Part shown: positions 1-12,975 of the stretch, one piece after another
Numbering within the stretch: the stretch's first letter is position 1
How the letters are laid out: each line of letters starts with the position of its first letter
DNA from: Octopus sinensis
Taxonomy: Eukaryota
Length of the DNA: 64,000 nucleotides
Reading direction: 5' to 3'
Assembly: GCF_006345805.1 (NCBI RefSeq)
Contig: NC_042998.1
Location: 164,362,001-164,426,000, forward strand
Notes under the pieces: generated by a model
Told to the model about the DNA's origin: nothing
Seen by the model: the letters and a program-made list of their open reading frames with translations, nothing else
Database searches by the model: none
Program-made: the position numbers and the translations under genes

Positions 1-75
1 TTAGTCGAACAAATCGACTCCAGGACTTATTCTTTGTAAGCCTTGTACTCATTCTGTCGGCCTAGTACCTATTCT
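1..75 (-). mobile_element. SINE family B 3' tail fragment (cut by window edge)
   Basis: ttagtcgaacaaatcgactccaggacttattctttgtaagcc is the reverse complement of the tail seen in fuller copies at 47587-48135 and 51355-51755. Confidence 0.75.
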
Positions 76-379
76 TACGCAAAGACGTTGCGTAAGTAGA
101 ATAAATTCAAATTATGCAACAGAAGAGGCCCTATAATGTAAATATTACCAGCACCACATATTTCACAATACGCCAATGAATTGCTTTGCGTTTGTAGTCA
201 CCCGAAAGAGAGAGACTTGTCCTAACACTTGGCTGATATCACCTGAAGACTAATAGACCGGGGCTACATGAAAGAAAGTGCCTTGTTCTAGAACACAACT
301 CATCACTCGATATTAGTGTTCGAATCCACGATCTTATGATCACGTGTCACATTTCCTAACGACAAGCAGTAAATGTATA

Positions 380-601
380 CACGAGAAGATATTGAAAAGT
401 TCCTGTCTTTGAGTAAAAGAAAATATAGGAGGCTCAGTTAATTATTATTTTATTCAACAGATTCCCTTCTCAGATTCACTCGCTTATTGCAGCGGTCCTT
501 CATTTTTTTCTAAGCCCTGTAATAGAACTGGGAAGGTTGGGCCTTCAACTAAGCTTTTCGCGAAACCCTTAAAACCAGGAACTTTTCAACACCCCTTCGT
601 A
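380..601. mobile_element. Mariner-type MITE (~220 bp)
   Basis: Imperfect terminal inverted repeats acgagaagatattgaaaagttcctg / caggaacttttcaacaccccttcgt, TA-rich flanks, non-coding interior. Confidence 0.6.
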
Positions 602-1117
602 TTATATATACGAACATTTTTACCTCTGTATACGAAGACATACATATAAAAACATATATCGCTGGCGGGGAAATGAATAGCTGCTATCTCTAGCGATCGA
701 GTGCCCATTAGAGACAAGTCCAAGAAAGGTCGAAATTACGTGACCTTGTGGTTTCGGCGCTGGAAGTGGCGGGGATTTATCTCTCCGCTGACGATATAAA
801 CAGGAGTGCATTTTGCATCAAAAGCCAATATGAGAGTTTCTCTCGTGTTATGTAATACAGTATAGTTTGTTCTAACAGAACATCCATGTTTAAGTGGGGA
901 TAAATATTACTTTTCGGTGTTACTACTGCCTCTGTCACTAATAAACAATTTTTAGCCTACACACGGCTCTCTTTCACACATACGTGGGCGCGCGAACGCG
1001 TGTGTGTAACAGAGAGAGTGTATATGTTCACTTGCTACGCTCCAATCTGAAGTAACCAGCTTGTGTGTGTGTGTATATATATATACATATATATAATGTG
1101 TATATATATATATATGG

Positions 1118-1187
1118 ATGTACGCCGGACGAAATACCGCAAAGCATTTCGTCCGGCGTGCTCACGACGCTGCCAGCTCACCGCCTT
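1118..1187 (-). mobile_element. SINE family A 5' head fragment with perfect 14-bp hairpin
   Basis: The reverse complement matches the ggcgg(c/t)gagctggcag...cgccgg(a/g)cgaaatgct..gcggtatttcgtc head of family A. Arms at 1122-1135 and 1146-1159. Confidence 0.75.
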
Positions 1188-2368
1188 ATATGCTATATAG
1201 TAACGTTGCCTGTTCATAGTGGAGCACATGTCTTGTGGGAGAAAATCGAAATGTGTCATGCGACAAAAATTTAAGAAATACTCCTCTAAGTGTTCAGTTG
1301 GACCGTGAGAAATAACAGCCAACGTTTACCATAGAAATTGCAAAAGAAGACAACATTAGAGAATATAGCGACTGATATGCAAAATATGGATGCTCAAGAT
1401 TGAAAATATTTGCTCCTAACTCTGTTCATATATGTTTCAACAGGGCTTAACAACACGTATAAATAGTTCGAAGAACCACCATGTGCAAGTTTCTTTTATT
1501 GTAGATTCAAGTACACGCAGGACTTATGAGTAAAACTGAGTGACCGGAAACTGTAGGAGCCAGTCGGATAAGAGTGACCCTGTGATCCAAAAGGTCAGCT
1601 TCGCCATTTTGATTCTACTTAAGTGTATAACAGTCTGCGGATTATTCAACCACTTGCTCTATAATTCAATAACATATGTGATAATGTATGAAACTCTGAG
1701 TAGCAGTTTTTTTGTGATATTTTTGTGATGTTTTTGCAGTTTTAATAATAAAGCATACTACTCTACCTCCGGTATTCGAGTACTATTTTTTTCACACCTT
1801 GTTTCACATTTATGTGCTTACTCGGGTGTGAGTGTGTGAGTGTGTGTGTATGTGTGTGTTTATGATTGCATATATATATGTATGTATATGTATGTATACA
1901 CACACACAGTCGTAACTTCGTTTGATATATGCCTATATGATATGACCTTGACTGACATAAACAGCATTTCGTCAAGCTAAGCGTTTTCAAACCTATTTAT
2001 ATTTAATGCTCTCACGCCTCTGTATTTTCCATTCTCTTTCTCTACTTTTCACCACTTTTCTTCGTCTCCCTCCCTCCCCTCTCACTGTCTCTCTCCCTCT
2101 CTCTCTCTTATTCCTCTCACACACACACACATATATATATAGAACATATGCACCACTGATTAATCCTAACAACACGTAATGCGGTTATACATTGTTTGAT
2201 CTTATTTATCTTATAATCCATTACTTCGCTGAACTATTGATAATTGTTCTTGCTGTACTAGTCGTTGTCTACCACGGTGTATTAATGAGTCATTCCCCTT
2301 AATCTGGCAATTGTAGTCACAATGTTTGAGCGATATTGTTATTTCGAAAGGCAATATGCTGATATTAT

Positions 2369-2970
2369 AATGGGTGTTCGGGCTAAATTTGACACTTTGC
2401 ATAAAAGGAAAAGAAAACGCAACATTCCACCCAAAAATGAAAGTAATTAAGATATTTCTTTTTCAGATATCAATTGGATATAACAAGGAGATATCAGTTT
2501 ATTGAAAGTAACCAGGCCTCAAGACGGCTCCGGAACCTGGTGCATGCATTCCTCGCTGTATCTCTGGGAAGATCTTCGAAGACCTCCTTCATCTTGGCCA
2601 GATGTTCGGCATTTATGTTGGACACAGAGTGATTGGTGTCTTTTTCGACCACGCCCCACACATGGGATTACAGTCGGCGGGATTAGCAGGCCAGAAATTA
2701 GGGCTGGTGAAATCATAGCAATTCTCTGACAACTACTTCTAACTCTTTACGGATGTATGGCAAGAAGCCGAATCCTGGAGTCACATATATGTCCTACCAG
2801 CAGCAACCCTCTCCAGCCAGGGTTTGACTACAGACTCTAACAGCTTCACATAGCTGTGTGAATTGAGACTAAGGCCCAGTTCACAGATGTGGGGTGGCAT
2901 GACGCCACTCTCACTGGGGACATGCCCAAAGACCATCATATTTTAGGGAAACTTGGTTTTCATGAGGTCT
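2369..2970 (-). pseudogene. Decayed Tc1/mariner (maT/DD37D-like) transposase, C-terminal part
   Basis: Minus-strand translation gives MKTKFP*NMMVFGHV..VMPPH..GLSLNSHSYVKLLESVVKPWLERVAAGRTY..QDSASCHTS..FTSPNFWPANPADCNP..VWGVVEKDTN, with stops and frameshifts. A possible terminal repeat (gggtgttcgggctaaatttgacac) lies near 2372. Confidence 0.8.
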
Positions 2971-3104
2971 ATGTCACGTTTTACAGCTTTTACAGTGTTC
3001 GCAGAGTATTGAGCAGCAATGTTAGTTAGTTAATTAATTTTTTGGCTCAAAAAGCAAAAAGCAAGGCCATGTAGGGGGACATGGAGTTATGTACAGGGTG
3101 GTGT

Positions 3105-5022
3105 TCATGTAAAGAGTTCAAGCCACTTGAGGTCAAGGGAGACTTTGAACCGAGCGGTCGTCGGCATCTTCACCATCTCGTCTGGCAGCTTATTCCACGG
3201 ATCCGCAACCCGGACGGAGAAAGCCCCTCTTCTTCGATTGAGATGAAATCGTCGCAGATAGAGCTTTTCGGAATGACCCCGCAGCCGACGCTCTGGAGCA
3301 GGAGTGAAGAACAGCTCTTTCGAGAGGTTACACTTTCCGCTTATGATGTTGTGAACAAGAATGAGATCTCCACGGCGTCGTCGTTTTTCTAGAGAATAAA
3401 GGTCGAGCGTCTTCAGCCTTTCTTCATAAGACAAATTCTTGAGACCAAGAACCATGCGGGTAGCCAGCTTCTGGACTCTTTCGAGATGTTGTATGTCTTT
3501 GAGGAGATAAGGAGAAGAGGCTTGAATCTCGTACTCCAATATGGGTCTCACCAGCGTGACATAGAGCGGTAGGAATATGGTTGCTGTGAGCATTCCGAAT
3601 GACCGTCGAATCAAGAACAGAATTCCGCGTGCTTTGTTGGCAGCATGGACGCACTGGGCCGAAGGCGAAAAGGAGGAATCCACCAAGATACCCAGGTCCT
3701 TTATCTGATCGGTCCTCTCCAGCAGCAGACGACCCGGCTCGAAATCAAGTTGAGTTGCAGGAGGAGAGCCAACAGGCAGATGACAGCACTTTGACACGTT
3801 CAGACACAGATCCCATTCGTTAGACCATCTCCAAATTTGGTGGAGGCATCGACGAAAATCCTCTATATCACGCGAGGAGCGACCAGTTTGACGTCGTCGG
3901 CAAATAGAAGGGGTGTTGCGTGAGGTCGTCGGCAAGTCATTTATGAAGACTAAGAACCAAGCACTGAACCTTGAGGCACGCCACTGCTCGCACTGGAGAC
4001 GTTGGACCGCGAACCATTATTAATTGGACTTGGAAGGAGCGATCTGAGAGGAAGGCACAACCCATCGTACAATATCCGGATGGAAACTATATGCTTGAAG
4101 CTTGACAAGTAATAGACGGTGGTTTACCGAGTCAAAAGCTTTGGCAAAGTCCAATAAAACGATGTCAACAGCATCACTATCATCGAGGATGCGCATCACC
4201 AAATCTGCATTACCAGTAAGTTGGTCAAGCATGATCTCTTCGGCACGAACCCGTGTTGGGAATCAGAGAGATAGAGGCTGTGTTTTGGAGGTGGAGCATG
4301 ATACTTTTCTTAAGGATGGTTTCGAACATCTTGCTGATTATTGATGTAAGGGAAACCGGTCGGTAGTTAAGCGGGTCTTCGCGGCCCCCTTTCTTGAAAA
4401 TTGGGCAGATTATCGCTGTTCTCCAGTCCGCAGGTATAACACCCGTCGCCAATGACATATTGAATAGACGTGTTAAGGGCTCGCAGATGACCGGAGCCAA
4501 CGCTTTGATAGCCCGTGGGTGTATGCCGTCAGGGCCGTGACCCTTGTTGACATCGAGGCCTTGAATAACGCGTTCGACTTCGTCCCGCGTGATGACCAAT
4601 CGAAGCATTGGAGGTACCGATCTATCAAATGGTGGGGGGTGGGGGGGTTCACGACCATCATCTTGTTTGAAAATAGTTGAAAAAGCTTCAGCAAATAATT
4701 GACTCTGTTGATAAGGGCCCTCACTCGATACGCCTTTTGAGTCTACCAACGTTGCAATTTGGTTGTTCAAGCGGGAATTCCGTTGAACATGGGCAAAGAA
4801 GGTTTTTGGATTGCTACTGGCGTTTGCCGCGATTTTGTATCCATATCTGAAGCGTTCTTCCTTTTCAATTTTCACGGCTCGGTCTCGTTGAGTTTTGTAC
4901 ACCTCAAAAGCTGCAGTCGAATCCAGATTTTTGAATTCAGCCCAAGCAATATCTCTGAGTCGAAGTTCTCGTTTAACCTTCTTCGTCACCCAGGGCTGTG
5001 TTTCTCTTCTTGGGAAACCCAA
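3105..5022 (-). pseudogene. CR1 ORF2 reverse transcriptase and C-terminal region (frameshifted)
   Basis: ORFs 4225-5022, 4020-4232 and 3105-3935 carry consecutive RT motifs. Confidence 0.92.
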
Positions 5023-5978
5023 CGGGAACTGCCTGGTCAGTCAACCAGATTACATATGCTTTGAGGGATGACCATAGTTCGTCAACTGAGGACAACGTCA
5101 TCAGGGATCGCCAGTCCAGAAGCGCGGAAGCCTCGGTTAGAATTTCAAGATTAATTGCAGAGAAGACTCTACGTGGCAGCGAAGTAGTCGTGGACATAGA
5201 AAAAGTTGTGTGCATGACGAACTTCAGGACCGCATGATCACTCTTGGCGCACACAGATACGTCTGACACTGATCTTGGATAGCGGGAGAATACCAGATCC
5301 AGCATAGATGGATGTTGCCCAGACCGATGCCTTGTCGGATATTCAACATGTTGCGATAGAAAACAATCTTCAGCCATGTCAAGAAGGGCCTGGCCGAACC
5401 GGGAAGATGATGTACACATTGATGCGGGCCAATCGATCGTGGGAGCGTTGAAGTCTCCTAATATCAAACAGTCATGAGAAGCTGAAACGTATCTTATCGC
5501 TTCGAGTAAATGAGCATCGACCTGGGGGTCGGCAAGAGGCGGCCTGTAGACAGCTAACACGGGCAGGCAAAACCCGGATAGGCTCAGCTTGCAATAGACG
5601 GCATCGAATTTTGTTTGTAGGTTCAGCATTAGTGGGTAGAATACCGCTGGACGGTTGAGATCAGATTTAACATACACAGCAACACCTCCACCTCGCCTTT
5701 TTCTCTGTCACATCTGAAGAGGGCGTAGCCCTGTAGGTGGATTTCTGAGTCCTTTACTGCTGGAGTCAGCCAAGTCTCGGTGATAGCTATCACATCAGGG
5801 AATCACGCATGGCCAGTGTAAATAGTTCGCTGAACTTTGGAAATAAGGAGCACGAGTTGGTATAGACGATGCTGAGCTGTGAAGTTTGAGGGGCGGGAGT
5901 TGGGGAACAAGCAGAATAAGGGGTATCAGAGATGGCATCGTTGACGAGGGTATCTACTTTACTTCGATTCGCCCTCAA
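4973..5978 (-). pseudogene. CR1 ORF2 apurinic-like endonuclease domain (frameshifted)
   Basis: ORFs 5790-5978 and 4973-5677 join through 1-nt shifts into an APE domain. Confidence 0.88.
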
Positions 5979-6339
5979 TTCACTTTCCCTGTCAGCACTA
6001 CAGCATGCGACCAGAGGTAGGACTTGATTATTTGTCCATCTTGGATGCGTAAACCCTTCTCTCCCATCTGTTTTCTCATCTTCAGTTCGGATATTAGGTT
6101 CCTCCGGCGAATTCTCTCTCTCAGTGAGTATTCATGGTGTCAGCATTATGAAACGCAGCTGGGAAACTTCATGATACAAGATGGCTTCTAGTCCTCCATG
6201 TCAGCAAACTTTTGTGAACTATAGCTTTAATTTTTATTCTTTCCAACGCCGTTGACTGTCCACTAATACATCAAGCTGTTTCTGAAAATGGGAAACGTGA
6301 ATTATAAAAATCATCAAATCTAGCCCGTAATGCCCTGCA

Positions 6340-6520
6340 GTAGCAAGTATTCCGGCTCTTTACGATCTGAATTGAAATGCCATGGAGATCAGTGTTGCCT
6401 TTCATCCTTCCGAAGGCGAAAAAGGGAAGAATCAGTCGAGTACTGGCGTCGATGTTATCGACTAACACCCGCCAATAAAAATTGCCTCCCTTGTTCCTAA
6501 ATCAGAATCCATTATAAAGC
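6340..6520 (+). mobile_element. Decayed SINE family A
   Basis: ttgcctttcatccttccgaaggcga...actggcgtcgatgttatcgact matches the family A body. Confidence 0.6.
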
Positions 6521-6628
6521 TAGTTTAGCTGCAATACAATGATCAGTGCAAATAGAGAAAGCTTAAGTCAAATGTGGCGCATATCAAACTATTTTTGTAG
6601 TGATAGAGATATAAATTCACCGTTTCAC

Positions 6629-6629
6629 A

Positions 6630-6691
<62 letters not shown>

Positions 6692-6974
6692 CAAACACGC
6701 ACAGACACACACACACGCACACACTCACACGTGCACGCACACGCATACATATATATTTGATAATGAGTATATTACAGTTAGTCATGAGCGAGCCACCACT
6801 GGTTTCATGTAAGAAGTAAATTCTGTGAAACTAGTCGTAACCCAAATGTGAATATTTGTATTGACTACATTGTAAAGTCATTATTTCATTGTTCTGTCCT
6901 TGTTCATTGACCTACATAATGCAATACCTACGTATATACAACCATCCGTCTCCTACATATGGATACTTAAGTGT

Positions 6975-7026
<52 letters not shown>

Positions 7027-7086
7027 TATATACATACTCATATATACTTTTATGTATTTATGTTATCCGTATGTATATAATGTATA

Positions 7087-7117
<31 letters not shown>

Positions 7118-7231
7118 TACACATATTTATACATGTATAAATCATGTGCATGCATTGTATAAATGTCTATAAATACATACATACTTTTATGCCCACATAG
7201 ATGCATACTTCTGAGTGTATATATATACACA

Positions 7232-7265
<34 letters not shown>

Positions 7266-7270
7266 TATTT
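6629..7270. repeat. (CA)n/(TA)n microsatellite cluster
   Basis: Direct inspection. Confidence 0.95.
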
Positions 7271-7325
7271 GTGTAAATGTGTATAGAATCATAGATCAGT
7301 TGAATAAAGCTACAACTTGATCTGC

Positions 7326-8262
7326 TTTTCACGTTTTTTTTTTTTTTTCACGATCGTAGTAAACATCAGATTTCAAAATGTATTGAGTGACATTTGGTTT
7401 GAGTGCTTGACAACTGAAGTAAAATGACTGTCTTCTTCCTTTTTATACCTTTGAGAAGGCTCCGAATTGCTGAATTTTTTCGAATACGGTTTTTGACCAA
7501 TCAGCATGCAACTTAGACGTCACGATTTGCCGGGCGCACCGATATTACTGGTATAGGTCCCGCCTTTATTTTAACCAATTAGCTTGCGGTTTACACGTAA
7601 TGGCTTTATGATCGTTTTTATTTCAATCGCTAGGAGTCTTCTGTAATTTGTTTATATTCATATGTTAAAGATATTTTTTAATCCACATCATCAACTGGTT
7701 GTTATATTATTGTTATTATTTCCCTTCAGAATAGGTTTGAACATGTTAATGAAACGTTTTCCTTTTATCTTTCTTCCAATCTCACTTGTGTCATATAGTC
7801 TGTAGAAAGGAAAAATTAGAAACATTTTCTGGCCACATGTTTCTATATGTTCGCTCAATGGAATTTGGCGAACATTAGTGTTCCGGATTTGCTGTCTGTG
7901 AACTCCTAAGCGTTCCGATAATGCATTCCCAGTCACGCCAATATATATATTTCCTCGCAATCAGGGCATTTAACGCAGTAGATCAAATTTCTACTTCATA
8001 TCTGCATTCGTGAAAATCTGTCCATTAGGACGAAAAAATAAAAAAAATGGACAGATTTTCGCTCATGCAGATATGAACTCCAAAAGCAGTCAGTCCTTTT
8101 ACTTCAGTTGTCAAGCAATCAACTCAACAGACATTTTGAAATCTGATGATTACTATGAACGTATGAATGCACTAATTGAACTTTATGAACATTACAAAAT
8201 ATTTTTTAACTTCAGCATTGTAAAAGTGTTTTTAAAAAAACAGTAATAAAAAACGTGAAAAC
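7326..8262 (-). mobile_element. Penelope-like element remnant: GIY-YIG endonuclease C-terminus, 3' region and inverted 5' segment
   Basis: Minus-strand SRNLIYCVKCPDCEE/IYIGVTGNALSERLGVHRQQIR..PLSEHIETC..FLIFPFYRL..FINMFKPIL (about 7720-7995), with a 2-nt (AT) slip in the YIG codons. 8085-8262 is an inverted copy of part of 7326-7432. Confidence 0.82.
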
Positions 8263-8286
8263 TAGGCCATGTTGTAACTTTATCAT

Positions 8287-8334
<48 letters not shown>

Positions 8335-8405
8335 TAACTCCACCATTTCGTCAATCACAGCAGCTTCCAAGCTTCACCACTGATGCAGTTCACAACTAAA
8401 ATGCT

Positions 8406-8753
8406 AAAGTATAGGACAAGCTATTACTTCTAGTAAAGTAAAGAATAAGAAACTTTTTACTTAAAATATTGCAGCTTAAATTAAAATTTGAATATAAAAA
8501 CTTATTTTATTATAGTTTACAAACAACACTATACATATTTAAGTAGAATTTGGCTAATTTACTACTTTAAATTCAGAAAAAAAGTGACTAATTAGACAAA
8601 CAAATTAACTGAACACTTTTGTACAATAAATTCAAAAGATGAGAACTGTAAAGAGTGACAAATTAGAAGAACTGACATTCTTTGCTGCAATATTTTAAGT
8701 AAAAAGTTTCTTATTCTTTACTTTACTAGAAGTAATAGCTTGTCCTATACTTT
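8406..8753. repeat. Perfect 70-bp inverted repeat with 208-bp spacer
   Basis: 8406-8475 is the exact reverse complement of 8684-8753. Confidence 0.95.
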
Positions 8754-8789
8754 TACAGGTGTAATAACTTGTCATGTACTTTTCCAGGT

Positions 8790-9177
8790 TAATATTCTTA
8801 AGAATATGACTTTTCATGTTTGTTTCGACCCTTTAGAATTGAAATTTTTGAAAAGTAAAAAAATTTGCATTATGTAGCTTGTTATTCTCTTTAAGCGAAC
8901 ATTTTTCTTGTTGAAATACACCGAAAAAGGGCGACACGGCAGTCAAAAAATCGTAAAAAATAGGGATTTTCATAGAAAAAAAGCACCTTTTTGATGTAAA
9001 TAATTTTTGGTCTTAACATGGTCCGATTTGAATTTTATCTACTACGGACTGAAGAGCAAGCCTTCTATCATACTCGCAATTTTGGTCAACTTGCGCCGCA
9101 GGGTCTCGGAGGAGATAGTGTTAGTTGAAGTCTACCAAACCTGCCACACACAGACAACTTAAGCTTATATATATAGA
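8790..9177 (-). mobile_element. Non-autonomous Helitron-like element, 3' end missing
   Basis: Minus-strand 5' end A|TCTATATATATAAGCTTAAGTTGTCTGTGTGTG resembles the 5' end of the complete copies at 12976 and 44691. No CTAG/hairpin end was found. Confidence 0.55.
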
Positions 9178-9559
9178 TATATATATATAATTGAAGAAAC
9201 AGGGAAGTATACAGCAATGCTAACGGATATCATTGGGTAATTCTGAGGGTGGACGAGCTTAATACTCTGCCACTTTCCTAACGGAATATACCATAACTAT
9301 AAATGTGTGTGTACACGTAAATGGCGAAAGCGAAAATGAGTGCTCAGCACTGCATTGGTGGATATAATTTTTTTATTTGTGAATTAAGGCTACCATTGGT
9401 TTCATGCTGAGAAAAGTATGATGAAGTATATTCATTGTCCTTTGTTAGACATTCTTTGGAAAGACAGAAAGGCAGGTGTGAGAACATTTGTAGCTCATCC
9501 TATTAGAGTAAGACATGCGCTAAAGAATTATTTGTCAATGGTAATTCTGTCTCCTTAAA

Positions 9560-10420
9560 CACTTATCTCTCAAGCTTTTGGCCCAAATCCATTAATGACA
9601 CCAATGATGTAATCAAATATGTGTCATCCTTCATTTGCATCCTTATGTCATTGATGAGTTTGAAGATGCTTACGGAAATCGGCGGAGATCATATCATCCG
9701 GGCTATGAGGACTTAAGTCGCGCTCGAATGATTTAGATGAGTTACAAAGAAAAATGGGCACAGATTTTAAATGAAACAAAATTTGTTACTGAAGTAATCG
9801 AGAATGAGTCCCATCTAACAAAACTGAATGCAAGAAACATTGCTAGTAAAGACGATGAATGAACCAGAGACGGCTCGAGAAAATTTTTATGATGCCTGTG
9901 AAGAATTCTAGCAGAATGTTTTATTTCTTATGTTATCGATTCGGTGAGTGCCAGAGTGTCAAAGCAGTTTCATGTTGCAAACAAAAATAATAATTTGTCA
10001 TGCGTTTTTGTGCCAGTATCGAAACGTAGCAGAAGAGGAACGTGCATACGCAATGTACTTGTTAAAGCAAAAGAAACAAGAGAGAATCTCTCAGAATGCA
10101 TGCAAGAGAGGACAAGGTACATTTTAGAAAAATATGTGAAAATAATTTTGAATGAAAATATGGAGCTGCATCGTACAAGTTAAATTACATTTATCTAAAT
10201 ACGTGTATTGCACTACGAATATTCTACACATTTTCAGTTGCAACAATATCTGTTGAGATATTTTCTTTAGCAAATTAAAGCTCATCATGGGCTTTGTAAT
10301 AAGCATGATGACATAGGAGAGACTGAATGACCTAGCAGCTCTTAGTATTGATATTTAAACTGAATGGAAAATTGATTTCATTGAAATAATAACAATATTT
10401 GCATTAAAGAATATAATACA
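9560..10420 (+). pseudogene. Decayed hAT transposase (ZMYM1/Tip100-like) including the dimerization domain
   Basis: YLNTCIALRIFYTFSVATISVE..FSKLKLI..ERLNDLAALSI..KIDFIEIITIFALK at about 10190-10410, with upstream KEKWAQILNETKFV. Many stops and shifts. Confidence 0.75.
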
Positions 10421-10649
10421 TGTTTCGTTTAACTATGACAATTATCAGTTTTACTGATTTCATTAGAACCATTCTTGAGAATGTATTTAAGATTTCAATA
10501 AATTATCCAATGAAATGAACAGATATTTTATATTTTGTTTTGTTTTTGTTTGTTTTACCAATATAGTATTGTTGATTGTCAAAGATGTTTGTCCGCGTAA
10601 AATTTCACGAAGAAAATCGGGTTTTTTGAAATTATAACAGTAATAATAG

Positions 10650-11052
10650 TTTCAAATTATGGCACCAGGCCAGCAATTTCAGGGAAGAAGTAAGTCAATT
10701 GCACCAACCCGAGTGCTCAACTGGAACTTATTTTATCGAGCCCGAAAGGATGAAAGGCAAAGTCAAGCTAGGCAGAATTTGAACTCAGAATGTAACGACA
10801 GACGTTCTGTCATCTCGTCGTCTTCAATCGCAACAGTAATATAGATTTCAAATTTTGGCACAGTAATTTCAGGATAGGGAGTAAGTCGATTACATTGGCC
10901 TCAGTATTCAACTGGTACTTATTTTATCGACCCCGAAAGGATGAAATGCAAAGTCGTCCTTGGTGGAATTTGAACTCAGAGCATAAAAACAGACGAAATG
11001 CAGCTAGGCATTTTACAAGGTGTGCTAACAGTTCTTCCAACTCACCGCCTTT
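10650..11052 (-). mobile_element. Two adjacent decayed SINE family A copies
   Basis: Each has ttttatcga.cccgaaaggatgaaa.gcaaagtc...aatttgaactcaga. The second ends in the head ...aactcaccgcctt. Confidence 0.8.
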
Positions 11053-11114
11053 AAACGACAAGAGTAATATTAACACAAAAATATTACTAAAACTATTAAA
11101 CATTCAAAAATATT

Positions 11115-12142
<1,028 letters not shown>

Positions 12143-12379
12143 AAGCTTGGATTTTCAGAAAAAGGAATGAACCAACTGACTTGCACACTACAAATACAAT
12201 CAGGAAGCGGAACAGTTAAAGTATGCGAGAGTTTTTTCAGGTTTAAATTGTGACATTGTTTTCGTTATCTGCATTCCAACGATGAAGTTTTGTTATCTTC
12301 AAAGGAATAATTTAAACAATTAAAAACAGGATAGAATATGCAAACATAGTTACATACATATATGTGCATGTAAGAAAGA

Positions 12380-12610
12380 AAGTGTCCTTGAGCAAGACAC
12401 TTTATTTCACGTTGCTCCAGCCTACTCAACTGGCAAAAATGTGTTGTACCTGTAATTCAAAGGACCAAACTTGTTATATTTTGTATCACGCTGAATCTCT
12501 CTCAGAACTACGTTAAGGGTACACGTGTCTGTGGAGTGCTCAGCCACTTACACATTAATTTCACGATCAACTGGAAAACTCGTCGTCGTAACCGACGGAG
12601 TGCCGGTTTT
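12380..12610 (+). mobile_element. SINE family C fragment (head lost)
   Basis: gtgtccttgagcaagacactttatttcacgttgctccag matches the body of 18743-19080. Confidence 0.65.
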
Positions 12611-12975
12611 TATTTAATAACTAGTTTTTTTTTAAGTAAAAGTTGATTATTTTGCACAAATCTCATACGAGGATGAAGCATGATTTGTAAAGTAAATGTT
12701 TTCACTGTTTTATGGTGGTACGTGGAGGGGTTTCTTTTTGAGATTTGATTTTATGTCACAAAAACAAAAACAAAAACAAAAACAATGAAGTGTATAGAAT
12801 CGAACCGATTGATCGACGGAGTCAGTCAGAAACAGCTTCAACTTATTAGTCAATTGTTGGTCAATATGTTTGGAACTAAACGGGATCATGCTGAAAATAG
12901 ATTCCTACCACAGCCATACTTTCTTTCCTTGTTTATCAAACAGGGGACTAAAACGAATATGTTTTATATCTTTCA

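Larger units (their letters stand above)
3021..6130 (-). mobile_element. CR1-clade LINE, 5'-truncated inside ORF1, ORF2 broken by small indels
   Basis: ORF1 C-terminus (RERIRRRNLISELKMRKQMGEKGLRIQDGQII, stop 5975-5977). Then APE endonuclease (YTNSCSL, PDVIAITETW, LILGDFNAP, SDH), RT (NYRPVSLTS, DIVLLDFAKAFDSVNH, GVPQGSVLG, FADD) and the CR1-type C-terminus (FSVRVADPWNKLP..FKVSLD). Short 3' UTR with an (AACT)/(AATT) tail. Confidence 0.93.

Noticed and set aside
780-900. CTGACGA near 788 as another hammerhead
   Set aside because: I could not build a convincing GAAA, stem III and stem I.
3004-6135. gagtatt on both sides of the CR1 as a TSD
   Set aside because: The left copy is 10 bp away from the tail, so it is not a clean duplication.
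8140-8175. CTGATGA in the Penelope inverted segment as a hammerhead
   Set aside because: No correctly placed GAAA or stem III, and the sister copy has CTGATGT.
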